A DNA stretch of 57,566 nt, from contig JBAZIZ010000004.1 in the NCBI GenBank assembly GCA_041651535.1, positions 90,341 to 147,906 of the forward strand, written 5' to 3'. Below are positions 35,518 through 45,941 of the stretch, piece by piece (positions within the stretch are counted from its first letter, which is position 1; the number at the start of each line of letters is the position of its first letter). Source of the stretch: Patescibacteria group bacterium (GTDB lineage Bacteria > Patescibacteriota > Patescibacteriia > Magasanikbacterales > UBA922). The position numbers were made by a program, and so were the translations under genes. The notes beneath the pieces were generated by a model that worked only from the letters and a program-made list of their open reading frames with translations, was not told where the DNA came from and searched no databases.

Positions 35518-36102
35518 TTATTCAAAACTGTTATAAAAATTTACTGTACTGTTCAAAATCAAAGATAAATTAGCAAAAACTGTTCCATTACTTTGATTTT
35601 TTTCAAGACCAAAAGAAATTTGATCTATTAAAAAATAGTAAGGCAATTCTTCTAAATCATCTAAATAATTTAAAATATCTACATATTTACCCACAAGTTT
35701 TAATTTGAAAACATAATGTGGTTTATTGTATAAATTATCTTTAGAAAGTGTTTTACAATCATTAAAATTCACATCTAAAGTTTGTAGTACATTATTTTGA
35801 CTAGCCAATGATTCTAAAACTTTTATTACACTTAATTCATCCCCTTCATCCAAAGTCAAAAAATAAAAAGGCTCTACTTCTGACTTTATTTCGCCTAATT
35901 TATTGATTGAATTTTTTAAAGAATTTATTTTTTGATAAGATTTTTCAATTTCATTTTCAGTTATTTCAATATTTCTTTTTAAACCTTTTATGTATTTTAC
36001 TGTTGGCATAATTATACCAAAACTCACCAAACATAGAGCTAATAAAATTCCACCTGTAGATAAAACTATTTTTTGTTTCGCAGATATTTTTTTTATAATC
36101 AT
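35518..36102 (-). CDS. PilO-like pilus assembly protein
   Basis: N-terminal TM plus coiled coil. Position after pilN. 4-nt overlap. Confidence 0.5.
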   Translation of the reverse strand: MIIKKISAKQKIVLSTGGILLALCLVSFGIIMPTVKYIKGLKRNIEITENEIEKSYQKINSLKNSINKLGEIKSEVEPFYFLTLDEGDELSVIKVLESLASQNNVLQTLDVNFNDCKTLSKDNLYNKPHYVFKLKLVGKYVDILNYLDDLEELPYYFLIDQISFGLEKNQSNGTVFANLSLILNSTVNFYNSFE

Positions 36103-36623
36103 ATTTCCAAAGTTAAACTAAAATCAATATCACTTTGTTTGGCCAAATCAGACAATGGTGAAAAAGCTGTTTTAACAAAATCTAATTTTTCTAAATTTTC
36201 TTTGAATTCAATAAAAATTTTACGATCGGCCGCATTACCATTTATAATTATTTTATTTTCAGAAAATTTTAAATTTAAAGAATAAAATTTTATTCCAGCT
36301 GGAGTTTTTTCTGCTATTTTTATTAAAAACGGCGAAACTTCATGATAATTTTTTTGTAAATCACTCGTATTTTTTACTAATTGATTTATTTGACTGATTA
36401 ACATTATTTCTTTAGTTTTTTCATTGCTAATATCAACAACATTTGAAGTTAAAGAATTAAAATAATTTTGTAAAATCCATTGTGATAATAAGAGAAAAAT
36501 AGCAATAATACTGAGTAAAAGTAAAAACAATTCAAAAATAGATTTGATAAACTGAAAATTTCTAATTTTTTCTAAATTTTTCTTTTTTTCTGGAGATAAT
36601 AAATTTATTCTTATTGGAAACAT
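36099..36623 (-). CDS. pilN: PilN-like pilus assembly protein
   Basis: INLLSPEKKK N-terminus, single TM. Follows pilM. Confidence 0.65.
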   Translation of the reverse strand: MFPIRINLLSPEKKKNLEKIRNFQFIKSIFELFLLLLSIIAIFLLLSQWILQNYFNSLTSNVVDISNEKTKEIMLISQINQLVKNTSDLQKNYHEVSPFLIKIAEKTPAGIKFYSLNLKFSENKIIINGNAADRKIFIEFKENLEKLDFVKTAFSPLSDLAKQSDIDFSLTLEI

Positions 36624-36627
36624 AAAA

Positions 36628-37731
36628 TTAAATTGAATCTTTTACGAAAAAAGGATTATCGGCGGCACGTAAAGCCAAACCGATAGCTGTCGCGTAATTT
36701 AAAGAATCACCTGAAACTTTTTTATCAATTTTTGGATCATTGAGATTTTTCCATACCTTACCAACTCGGCATTCATTTTTTAATTCCAAAGATAAAATTT
36801 TATCTAAATGCTTTAATTTACTACCAGCCCCACACATGGTGATATGTTTGATACGATTAGTATCAGCAAAATGACTATAATAAAAATAAATTGCTTTTCT
36901 AATTTCTGTAGCAAAATCTCGACTATAATTCATAAGTAAATCCCAAACTTGTTTTTGTTTTTTATATTGTAAACCGTATTTTATTTTTATAGTTTCAGCT
37001 TCTTCTCGACTAATTTTTAATTTTTGAGCTAAAGCTGTTGTTAATAATTCACCAGAAAAAGAAAAATCAGCACTAAATTGGACAGTTTCATTATCATAAA
37101 CAATAAAACTAGATCTAGTAGCTCCAATGTCTAGTAAACCCCGCGCTTCATTTTTATATTCTTTTCCAGCGGTAACCATAGTTCTAGCGACAGACAAAGC
37201 TTCATTTTCTAAAGCTAAAACTCCTAAACCTGCACTTTCTAATAACTTTGTGTAACTATCAGCTGTTTTTTGCATAATAGCTGAAATCAAAATTCTAGTT
37301 GTATTTTCTTTAATAGAAGGTAATATTTCCCAATCTAAATAATATTTTTCTTCTTCAGCAAAAGGAATGTGTTTTTTAGCTTCAATAATTATATCTTCAT
37401 CAATAACCTCTTCACGACTTTTATTTAAAGTTATTAACTTTATAAAACTTTGTAATTCTGGTAAAGAAGCTACGACCCATAAATTTTTTATTTTTTTCTC
37501 TCCTTTTTTTGTGCCTTGCAACAATTTTAAAATATAATTTTTAATTTTTTCTTCTTGTTCTATATCTCCGTTTACCACAAGACCTGTCGGCAAAGAAATT
37601 TCTCGTGCTGTTTTTAATTTGTAAGCGTATTTTTTTGACAAATGATTTGAAACATTTTCCAATTGTACTAATTTAATAGACAAATCACTAATATCTAGTC
37701 CAAATGCGCCTGGAAAAGGATTGTTAAACAT
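36628..37731 (-). CDS. pilM: type IV pilus assembly protein PilM (actin-like ATPase fold)
   Basis: GLDISDLSIKLVQL...LLDIGATRSSFIV...CGAGSKL. Confidence 0.85.
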   Translation of the reverse strand: MFNNPFPGAFGLDISDLSIKLVQLENVSNHLSKKYAYKLKTAREISLPTGLVVNGDIEQEEKIKNYILKLLQGTKKGEKKIKNLWVVASLPELQSFIKLITLNKSREEVIDEDIIIEAKKHIPFAEEEKYYLDWEILPSIKENTTRILISAIMQKTADSYTKLLESAGLGVLALENEALSVARTMVTAGKEYKNEARGLLDIGATRSSFIVYDNETVQFSADFSFSGELLTTALAQKLKISREEAETIKIKYGLQYKKQKQVWDLLMNYSRDFATEIRKAIYFYYSHFADTNRIKHITMCGAGSKLKHLDKILSLELKNECRVGKVWKNLNDPKIDKKVSGDSLNYATAIGLALRAADNPFFVKDSI

Positions 37732-37739
37732 AAATAAAA

Positions 37740-38873
37740 TTAAAAACTATTTATCATACTATACATCGGCATGATAATTGCCGAAGCCACAATCGCAACT
37801 GCTAAACCTAAAACTAAAATAATTGCAGGTTCAATAATTGTAGAAAAATTTTTCATTGTTTTGTCGACTTCACTAGAATAAAATAAAGATAATTCACCAA
37901 GCAATCTTTCTATTTCACCAGTTTTTTCTCCAACCATAATCATTTCAGTCACCATTGGTGGAAATAAATTTTTATTTTCTTCTAAAACACTAGATAAATT
38001 TACACCCTTTTTAATTTTTTCAGCTGCTTCTTTTAAAATATTTTGATAAATTTTATTACTACAAGTTTCAGCAGTTATTTCTACAGCTTCCACAATTGGC
38101 AAAGTACTTCTAAGAAGTGAAGAAAGAGTCAAAGAAAATCTAGCTAAATTTATTTGCTTAATTACCCCACCAAAAATTGGTAAATGTAAATTTATTTTAT
38201 GAATTAAAATTTTAAATTTTGGTGATCTTTTCAAAAGTTGTAAAAAAGAAAAAATAAAAACTGTTAAAAAAATTAAAATTAAAATTAAATTCAATGGTTG
38301 ACTCATAAAATCAGTCACTCCAATAAGAAGTCTGGTCGTCCATGGTAATACAATATTCATTTCAGAAAAAAGAGACATCAGTTTTGGTAAAACAACTGTC
38401 ACCATCAAAATAGCAACGACAGTTATAGCAAATACGATCACAGCAGGATAAACCATCGCTCCACGAATACTAGAAACTAATTCATTATTTTTTTTCATTT
38501 GATTGACAATTTGTTCTAAAGATTCTTCCAATTTTCCTGACATTTCTCCAGAAGCAATCATTTTTACATAAATAGATGGAAAAATTTTTGGATATTTTTC
38601 TAAAACTTCACTAAATTGTTTTCCTTTTTCAGTATCTTCTTTTATTTCACCGATAATTTTTTTCATTTTTGGATTTTCAGATTCATTACTCAAAACTTGT
38701 AATGATTCTACCAAAGATAAACCAGCATGAACCATAGTTCTCAAATGATCAAGAAAAAATATTTTGTCATTTACTGAAATTCTATTCAAAAAAACAGCCA
38801 AATCAAATGGTTCTTTTTTTATTTTTGGATTTTGTTTGTTTGCCATATTTTTATTTCTTAAATTATACCACAA
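37740..38873 (-). CDS. pilC: type IV pilus platform protein PilC (GspF family)
   Basis: Two GspF repeats and 3 TM segments. The true start may be MANKQN at 38846. Confidence 0.85.
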   Translation of the reverse strand: MWYNLRNKNMANKQNPKIKKEPFDLAVFLNRISVNDKIFFLDHLRTMVHAGLSLVESLQVLSNESENPKMKKIIGEIKEDTEKGKQFSEVLEKYPKIFPSIYVKMIASGEMSGKLEESLEQIVNQMKKNNELVSSIRGAMVYPAVIVFAITVVAILMVTVVLPKLMSLFSEMNIVLPWTTRLLIGVTDFMSQPLNLILILIFLTVFIFSFLQLLKRSPKFKILIHKINLHLPIFGGVIKQINLARFSLTLSSLLRSTLPIVEAVEITAETCSNKIYQNILKEAAEKIKKGVNLSSVLEENKNLFPPMVTEMIMVGEKTGEIERLLGELSLFYSSEVDKTMKNFSTIIEPAIILVLGLAVAIVASAIIMPMYSMINSF

Positions 38874-38894
38874 ACAAAGATAAAATAAAATTTT

Positions 38895-38922
38895 TTAAAT
38901 AAAAAACGGTTTTTGCAACCGT
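38895..38922 (-). terminator. rpsR terminator (ACGGTT/AACCGT + U-run)
   Basis: Palindromic stem at 38906-38911/38917-38922 with T-runs on both sides. Confidence 0.7.
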
Positions 38923-38942
38923 CTTTTATTTTTTTTAAAAAA

Positions 38943-39167
38943 TTATTTTGCAGTAAATGCTAGTAAACCAGCAATTCTAGCTTGTTTTATTGCTTTTGCA
39001 ATTTGTCTTTGGTGTTTAGCACACAATCCGCTTCTTCTTCTTGGTTGGATTTTCATATAAGAAGAAGTAAAACGACGTAATGTTTGATTATCTTTATAAT
39101 CTATTTGTCTGTCTTTATGTTCACAGAAGAAACATTTTTTTTCTTTTTTCAAATTTTTCTTATTCAT
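38943..39167 (-). CDS. rpsR: 30S ribosomal protein S18
   Basis: IDYKD...LRRF.S...KI.PRR.SGLCAKHQR.IAKAIKQAR. Confidence 0.95.
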   Translation of the reverse strand: MNKKNLKKEKKCFFCEHKDRQIDYKDNQTLRRFTSSYMKIQPRRRSGLCAKHQRQIAKAIKQARIAGLLAFTAK

Positions 39168-39176
39168 ATTTTTTTA

Positions 39177-39617
39177 TTAAAATGGGATATCTTCAACTTT
39201 TATTTCATCGTCTCCATTATTTTGTATTGGAGAATTTTCAATTGTTGGCACTGAAGAGTTGTTGCCAGAATTAAAATCACCACTTTTTGAACCACTATCA
39301 AGCATAATTAAATTTTCAGCAACTATCTCTGTACGATAACGTTTTACTCCATCTTGACCTGTCCAGTCTCTAGTTTCAATTCTACCTTCCAAATAAACTC
39401 TGCGACCTTTTGCTAAATAATTTCCAGCTATTTCTGCCAATTTTCCCCACAATACACAATTGTGATATTCTACTCTTTCTTGTTTTACTCCGTTATTATC
39501 GGTCCAGATTCTATTAGTAGCCAAACTTAGTGAAGCTACACTTTGTCCATTTGGAGTAGTTCTAACTTCAGGGTCTCGTGTTAGACGACCGATTATAGTG
39601 GCACGATTTAGATCCAT
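39177..39617 (-). CDS. ssb: single-stranded DNA-binding protein
   Basis: OB-fold NRATIIGRLTRDPE and C-terminal acidic tip DIPF. Confidence 0.95.
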   Translation of the reverse strand: MDLNRATIIGRLTRDPEVRTTPNGQSVASLSLATNRIWTDNNGVKQERVEYHNCVLWGKLAEIAGNYLAKGRRVYLEGRIETRDWTGQDGVKRYRTEIVAENLIMLDSGSKSGDFNSGNNSSVPTIENSPIQNNGDDEIKVEDIPF

Positions 39618-39647
39618 ATTGATAAAATTAAAAATAAATTTTGGACA

Positions 39648-40241
39648 TTAAACATTGTCAATGTCCTTTTTTAAAATTTCCTCCAATTTTTTGTCAATTT
39701 CATCAATAGAAATTTCCTCCTTTTTAGTTTTTATTCTTTTTGTTTTTGGTTTTTTTACCTCAATTTCTTCAACTGTTTTATTTTCTTCACTTTTTTCTGA
39801 TTCAATATTAGATGTTTCTTTTATTGGTTCAGATTCTTCTTTTGCAGTTTCTTTCTTTTCTTTTTTAAAAGATTTATATTCTCTTACATTTTCTGGTTTT
39901 TCCTTTGCACTTGGGGCAGTAGGATCAACAGCTAAAATATAATCGCGATCTTTTTTTGGATCGTAAGTTCTCAAAGTAACACGAATAATATTACCCAAAA
40001 GACGAATACTTCTTTCTAATTCGCTTGTTTTTTCATTTTCCAATTCAAAATGGAAAAGTTGAAAATAACCATAACGGATATGTTTTATAGGATAAGCTAA
40101 TTTGCTTTTACCCATATCCTTTATGACTATATTTTGGGCTTCTTTATTTTTCAAAGTTTCTTTGATTTTGTCTACGATCGGAGCTACCTCATCTTCTGCA
40201 AGAGTACCAGGTAGCACACACAACAATTCGTAATTGTTCAT
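39648..40241 (-). CDS. rpsF: 30S ribosomal protein S6 with about 95-aa K/E-rich C-terminal extension
   Basis: MNNYELLCVL...YGYFQLFHFE S6 core. Gene order rpsF-ssb-rpsR. The C-terminus ends DIDNV (no Glu tail). Confidence 0.85.
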   Translation of the reverse strand: MNNYELLCVLPGTLAEDEVAPIVDKIKETLKNKEAQNIVIKDMGKSKLAYPIKHIRYGYFQLFHFELENEKTSELERSIRLLGNIIRVTLRTYDPKKDRDYILAVDPTAPSAKEKPENVREYKSFKKEKKETAKEESEPIKETSNIESEKSEENKTVEEIEVKKPKTKRIKTKKEEISIDEIDKKLEEILKKDIDNV

Positions 40242-40323
40242 AGATTAAATTAAGTAAATATTTTGTTTTAAATTAGATTTTTTCACCAAAGACGACCGAA
40301 AATAATATATCACAAAGACTTTT

Positions 40324-43300
40324 TTATGTCAAGCCTGTTTTCTTGAATTTTTTTAGATAATTTTTTAGCTTATTTGAGTGATTATTTATAAATAAACCAC
40401 ATAAAATTGCAGTCAGAGCTCCAGCTGTAGCAGTAAGGTATTTTTCAGCTAAATCTTGGGTGTTTTCTTTATTTTCAATATTTTTTTGGTCAGAAAAATT
40501 AGTTGATATTCCAGTTTTTTGAATATCGTTTTGATTACGAGGCAAAAGTTCATAATTTCCGTCAGATAAACGAGTCAAGATACCGTTTACTGATACTAAA
40601 TCTCCCTCAGCTAATAATTTTTTATCAATTTCAGCTCCTTTTTTAAAATACACTTTAAGTTCTGCACTTCCGTCATCAATATACATATAAGAACTTTTTA
40701 TTTCAGTTATTTCTCCATCTATTTTTACTAACCAAGAACTAAAAGAATTTACTTCTCCAATTTCTATTTTTTTACTTTCTGGTTCACCATAATTATCAAT
40801 AACAATAATATCATTTTTATTGTTTGTTTTTAAACGCAATTCCCCATTAGTTTCTGATAATTCTCCTATAACTTCTACTTTGTCGCCAACTTTTAAATCA
40901 GGAAAATCTTTTTTATAAGAATAAATTTGTAAACCTGGAGAACCAACTATATAAAAATATTGGCTACCCAAAATTCCAGGTTCAACAGCTACAGTCCCAG
41001 TTAATTTTACAAAATCACCAACATCTTCATTTCTAACTTTTTCTAAATCAGTTTCAATAACTGGTTTATTCATATTACTCTTGTTAATAGTTTTTGTTTT
41101 TATTTTTTCTTTAATTTCACTTAAAATATTTTCCTCTCCAGGTGTGAGTGTTCCTGTCCATGTCCAAACATTATCTTTATTTCTGACATAAGAAGAATTT
41201 TCCAAAGCATCTTCATAAACAACGTTATCAATAATTGTGCCGTTTGGATACAAATAACGGACAGAATCATTTGTATTATTTAAAGCTAATTTTGTATCTT
41301 GTTTACCAAAAATTTTATATTCTCCTGCTAATATTATTGTACCTTCAGGAAAAGTATAAGCTCGAGAACCACCATCTTCATCATCTAATTTTAAACCAGA
41401 GACATTTATATCTTCAGAACTTGGGTTAAATAATTCAATAAATTCAGTACTATCACTGCCTTCTGGGTTGGCTAAAATTTCAGAAATATAAATTTTTTCT
41501 ACATTTGGCAAACCTGCATATCCACCAACAAAATCTAAACTATTTTTTACATTAATTATAATTTTTTTCTCACTTTCATTTTCCGAATTTTTTACTTTTA
41601 AAACTACAGAATAAATCCCTTCATTTAAATAAGTATGGTTAGTTACAGATCCACCTGATTCTGAACCATCGCCAAAATTCCAATTAAATTCAATTTTTTC
41701 ATTATTAGGATCAAAAGTATCACTGGCATCAAAAATTATTTCTTCCCGTACAATAACTTCAGTATCAACATCAATCGAAATAACTGGCGCACCAGATTTT
41801 CCTTTTATTATATTTTCTGTACCTGGCGTTATTTCGCTTGTCCAAACAAAAATTCCATTTTGATTTAAAGCAAAACTAAGATCATCTTCGGCTGAATCAA
41901 TATATTTTATACTTTGAATTAAAGAGCCATCAGAAAAAAATAATTTTACTTCATCGCCACCACCATTATTTAAAGCAATTTTACTTTGTTCTCTTTTTAA
42001 AACATAAAATTCATTTGGTTTCAAAGATAAATTATTAATTTTATATTTAGTTTTTGACGAATCGCTTAACGACCACCCATCTAAATTAACAGTTGTTTCC
42101 CCTTCATTTTTTAATTCTATAAACTCATCTTTGCTATCATCACCTTTAGGATTAGGAAAAATTTCATTAATAATTATATCAAATGTTTTTTCTGAAATTT
42201 TTTCATCGTTTTCTCCGCCACTTAAAATATTTTTTTGACCTTTAGTAATTGTGTTTGTCAAAACAAAATCATAAAAATCATTATCACTGTCTAAATTTTC
42301 AATTTTTCTAATCAAACTCCAAGGATCTTTTGGTGCTGGTGAATTATCTGCTAAATTTCCATCATCAAAATCACCGAAAACCATTTTATCTATTTCTAAA
42401 TTATCAGGGGCAAAAAGAACAACCAAATCTCCAGAATTATTTAATTTTCCTTTGGGATTTTCAATAACAAAATAAGAATGAGAAGCAATTTCACCAGATA
42501 ATAAAGTTTTACCTTCACTACCATCTTCCAAATACCAAGAATTTAAATTTATTTTTTCAGTTGTATTATTATATAATTCCACAAATTCAACTTCGTCATC
42601 TGCCGGATCACTAACAATTTCATTTATTAAAACTGAACTTTTTTTATAAATATTTACAGGACTGTTTACTATTATATTTTCAATTTCATTAGTAGTTTCT
42701 TCCTCAAAAGAATTTTCTATTAAATTAATAGAATTTTTTGTTGGTTCAAATATTTCTTTAAAATCCGAAATCGAATCAGTGTCTCCACCATTAGGTATTC
42801 TAGCTAAACTGTGTCCTTTTGCTGGTGCAATCAAAGAAATTCCATAACTAATTTCATCAATAACTTCTCCACTTTGATTTTTTAGATGTAAACTATCGCC
42901 AGAATTATTTAATCGAGCGCTTCCGATATCTAATATAAAAAAATTATTTATAATAAAATCATTATCATCAAAAGTAATTATTTTACCAGCTCCATCCCAA
43001 AGAGAATATCCAGCTAATTTTAAATTATTTTGATTAGAATAAAATTCTACCCATTCATTTCCTGCTAATGGATTGGGATAAAATTCATTAATTAATAAAA
43101 TAATTTCATCTGTAGAATTTTGTTGTTCTCCTAAAATATTGATTTGTTTTGTAATTATATTTTCTAAACCAAAAGAATCAATTATTTTTAATCTAATGTT
43201 TAAAGTACCTGTCGTCAAAAAAGTTTTTTTCATTTCAGCTATTCCTGAGATAAAAATTCCATCGCCAAAATCCCAAGCATAATTTATTTCATCTCCATCT

Positions 43301-43965
43301 GAATCAAAAGAATTTATTGCGGAAAAAACTGTCTCTTCATTTATTTTTATTGATTCAGGACAATCTAAAATGGCGGTTGGTGCTGTATTTTCAATTTCAT
43401 TTGAAAAATCTTCCTGATAATTAAAATTTTTTTGGCCAACACTGTTTGAATCTGGATGTTCTAACCAGTTTGATTCTAAATTTGAAGCTACAGAAAAAGC
43501 TATTCTTTCTAAAGAATGATTATTTTCTATTTTTTTATAAACAAATTTTTCGACAAAATTTCCACCAGAATCTTTTAAACCAATTTCTTCACCACTTTTA
43601 TTTAAAGTTCCCCATGAACTATCTAAAACCAAAACTGAATTTTCTGGATAAATAGAAAAAAAATTTTGATCATCTTGAACTATCAAAGCATATTCACCTG
43701 ATTCTAAAATAAAATTTTGTTTAATACTTAGAGGACTTATTTTTAAAGAATGATTTGTTTGTCCTTCAAAAAAAATCCAATTTGTTAAATCAATGGTAGT
43801 ATCACTTTGATTGTAAATTTCTATCCACTGAAAACCACTTTCCCCACAACCAGTAGGACAAATTTCACTAAAAATTACAGAATCTCCTTGCGACCTAACA
43901 TAATTAAAAAATATACTAAAAAATAAAAAAATAATAATTATAAAAAATAAAACTTTTTTATTCAT
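40324..43965 (-). CDS. giant surface protein: 5 lamin-tail domains, 2 PKD-like domains, OB-fold, C-terminal TM anchor
   Basis: Five INE(I/F).(P/S).P..(D/G)..EF(I/V)EL.N LTD signatures. Two W(D/N)FGDG PKD motifs. Signal peptide. AAGGAGGGTTATG SD. Confidence 0.75.
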   Translation of the reverse strand: MNKKVLFFIIIIFLFFSIFFNYVRSQGDSVIFSEICPTGCGESGFQWIEIYNQSDTTIDLTNWIFFEGQTNHSLKISPLSIKQNFILESGEYALIVQDDQNFFSIYPENSVLVLDSSWGTLNKSGEEIGLKDSGGNFVEKFVYKKIENNHSLERIAFSVASNLESNWLEHPDSNSVGQKNFNYQEDFSNEIENTAPTAILDCPESIKINEETVFSAINSFDSDGDEINYAWDFGDGIFISGIAEMKKTFLTTGTLNIRLKIIDSFGLENIITKQINILGEQQNSTDEIILLINEFYPNPLAGNEWVEFYSNQNNLKLAGYSLWDGAGKIITFDDNDFIINNFFILDIGSARLNNSGDSLHLKNQSGEVIDEISYGISLIAPAKGHSLARIPNGGDTDSISDFKEIFEPTKNSINLIENSFEEETTNEIENIIVNSPVNIYKKSSVLINEIVSDPADDEVEFVELYNNTTEKINLNSWYLEDGSEGKTLLSGEIASHSYFVIENPKGKLNNSGDLVVLFAPDNLEIDKMVFGDFDDGNLADNSPAPKDPWSLIRKIENLDSDNDFYDFVLTNTITKGQKNILSGGENDEKISEKTFDIIINEIFPNPKGDDSKDEFIELKNEGETTVNLDGWSLSDSSKTKYKINNLSLKPNEFYVLKREQSKIALNNGGGDEVKLFFSDGSLIQSIKYIDSAEDDLSFALNQNGIFVWTSEITPGTENIIKGKSGAPVISIDVDTEVIVREEIIFDASDTFDPNNEKIEFNWNFGDGSESGGSVTNHTYLNEGIYSVVLKVKNSENESEKKIIINVKNSLDFVGGYAGLPNVEKIYISEILANPEGSDSTEFIELFNPSSEDINVSGLKLDDEDGGSRAYTFPEGTIILAGEYKIFGKQDTKLALNNTNDSVRYLYPNGTIIDNVVYEDALENSSYVRNKDNVWTWTGTLTPGEENILSEIKEKIKTKTINKSNMNKPVIETDLEKVRNEDVGDFVKLTGTVAVEPGILGSQYFYIVGSPGLQIYSYKKDFPDLKVGDKVEVIGELSETNGELRLKTNNKNDIIVIDNYGEPESKKIEIGEVNSFSSWLVKIDGEITEIKSSYMYIDDGSAELKVYFKKGAEIDKKLLAEGDLVSVNGILTRLSDGNYELLPRNQNDIQKTGISTNFSDQKNIENKENTQDLAEKYLTATAGALTAILCGLFINNHSNKLKNYLKKFKKTGLT

Positions 43966-43983
43966 AACCCTCCTTTAAAAAAA

Positions 43984-44655
43984 TTATGGCAAACTTATTT
44001 TATAACCCATACCTGAAATAGTATGAATTATTTTTTTCTTATTTGTACAAGAAATTTTTTTTCTTAAACTTAAAATATGTGATTCCACTGTATTTGAAAA
44101 AAGATCAAAATCACTTTCCCAAACATGCTCCATAATCATTTTTCTTGATAAAATTATACCTTCGTATTTCAATAAATATTCTAAAAGCATGTATTCTTTT
44201 TTTGTTAATTTTATTTGTTTACCACCTCTGACAACTACTTTGCGTCCAGAATCTAAAACTAAATCATCAATTCTATAGATATCTCCTTTTAATTCTTTTG
44301 GGCGACGCAAAAGAGCTCTAATTCTAGCAACAAATTCATTGTTATCAAAAGGTTTTGTCAAATAATCATCAGCTCCAGCTTTTAATAATTCTGTTTTTTG
44401 TTGACTGTCTGAAAAAATTGATAAAATTAAAATTGGCATTTGTTTGTGAAAAAATCTAAGTTCACGACAAATATCTTTAGCTTTTTTGTAAGGTAAAAAA
44501 TTATCTAAAATCAATAAATCATAATCATTTATTTTTGCTAACTTTAAACCTTGACCACCGTCCACAGCAAAATCAACTGAAAATTTTTCTTTATTTAAAA
44601 TTTTTTTTATATTTCTTAAAATCTGAATATTATTTTCAATTATTAAAATTTTCAC
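43984..44655 (-). CDS. OmpR-family response regulator (GTG start), no adjacent histidine kinase
   Basis: Receiver DLLILDNFLP plus winged-helix LTKKEYMLLEYL...GMGYKI. Confidence 0.85.
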   Translation of the reverse strand: MKILIIENNIQILRNIKKILNKEKFSVDFAVDGGQGLKLAKINDYDLLILDNFLPYKKAKDICRELRFFHKQMPILILSIFSDSQQKTELLKAGADDYLTKPFDNNEFVARIRALLRRPKELKGDIYRIDDLVLDSGRKVVVRGGKQIKLTKKEYMLLEYLLKYEGIILSRKMIMEHVWESDFDLFSNTVESHILSLRKKISCTNKKKIIHTISGMGYKISLP

Positions 44656-44764
44656 AATAAAAAAATTATTTTACTTATTATATTATAAACTAAAAAGATA
44701 AAATTTTTATAAAATTTTTTGAGTTATCAACAGAAAATAAAAACAAAAATAATTTTATATTTTT

Positions 44765-44793
44765 AAAACAGTCTTTTCTTAGACTGTTTTTTT
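44765..44793. terminator. terminator hairpin CAGTCT/AGACTG, near-copy of the 18970-18991 hairpin
   Basis: AAAACAGTCTTTTCTTAGACTGTTTTTTT. Confidence 0.65.
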
Positions 44794-44807
44794 ATTTTTT
44801 AAAATTG

Positions 44808-45878
44808 TTAATTATTCTGCAATTCATTTTTATAGTAATGTTCGTAAATTGTCATAAAAGCAATACACAACGAAGCAATAATTGGGCCAATAATAAACCC
44901 AGAAATTCCCAACCAAATCAATCCTCCCAAAGTTGAAAAAAAGACAATCAAAGGATGTAATTCTATATCTTTTCCTAAAAGTGGTGGACGAATAACATTA
45001 TCAACCGTACTAATTATAATTGCACCGATAGCTAAAACTACACCTTGCCAAATGTTTCCTGATAAAAACATAATGATTGTTGCTGGTACAGTTATAATTG
45101 GAGTTCCTAAAGCTGGAATTATAGCGGCTAACATCATAATAACTCCCCAAACCAAAAAACCTTTTATACCAACAATCGCAAATAATATTCCACCAAGAAA
45201 ACCTTGGAAACCACCGACAATGAAAGTTGTTTTAAGTGTTGCTTTTGTAGTTGAAATAAATTTGCTGTAAAGCATTTTTTCATAAACATCTCCAAGCGGT
45301 GAATAATGCATCAATTTTCCTAAAATTTTTTCTCCATCTCTCAAAAAGAAAAACAAAGTATAAGTCATGATAAAAAATTGAATTATAAAAGTTAAAGAAT
45401 TTTTTGTTATATTAGTAATACTATCAACAAGTAAATTACTTCCCCATTCAGTAGCTTTCAAAACAAATTGACCACCTTCATAACGAAGAGTTTCAATAAA
45501 TGGACCAAAAATAGAATTATTTAACCAATCGGCTATAAAATTTGGATTATCCCAAATAGAATTAGCACTGATTATAGTATAGATTTCTACAGTTTGTTTT
45601 AATAAAAGTAAAATCAAAATTGTTAAAGGAATAAATAAAACTAACATTATAACTAAAATACACAAAATTGCTGAAAGCGAAGAATTTTTCAAATGATTTT
45701 TTATTTTATTAAAAACTGGATGAAAAAGAATTGCTAAAACTGCTGCCCAAAAAATTGTATAAGCAAAAGGCTTAAACAAAAACAAAGAAGCTATTGTAAG
45801 TAAAATAAAAGAAGCAAAAAAAACAAAAGATCTCATTTTACCAAAAGCTATTTTATTTGTATTGTCTGTTTTTGACAT
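44808..45878 (-). CDS. AI-2E family transporter (PerM-like permease)
   Basis: About 8 TM helices. Conserved ...DN.IRP.L.G... region near the C-terminus. Confidence 0.7.
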   Translation of the reverse strand: MSKTDNTNKIAFGKMRSFVFFASFILLTIASLFLFKPFAYTIFWAAVLAILFHPVFNKIKNHLKNSSLSAILCILVIMLVLFIPLTILILLLLKQTVEIYTIISANSIWDNPNFIADWLNNSIFGPFIETLRYEGGQFVLKATEWGSNLLVDSITNITKNSLTFIIQFFIMTYTLFFFLRDGEKILGKLMHYSPLGDVYEKMLYSKFISTTKATLKTTFIVGGFQGFLGGILFAIVGIKGFLVWGVIMMLAAIIPALGTPIITVPATIIMFLSGNIWQGVVLAIGAIIISTVDNVIRPPLLGKDIELHPLIVFFSTLGGLIWLGISGFIIGPIIASLCIAFMTIYEHYYKNELQNN

Positions 45879-45941
45879 AATTAAAAAAATTAAATACAGT
45901 TAAATTATACCATATTTAGGTTTTGACAACAAATATTTTGA

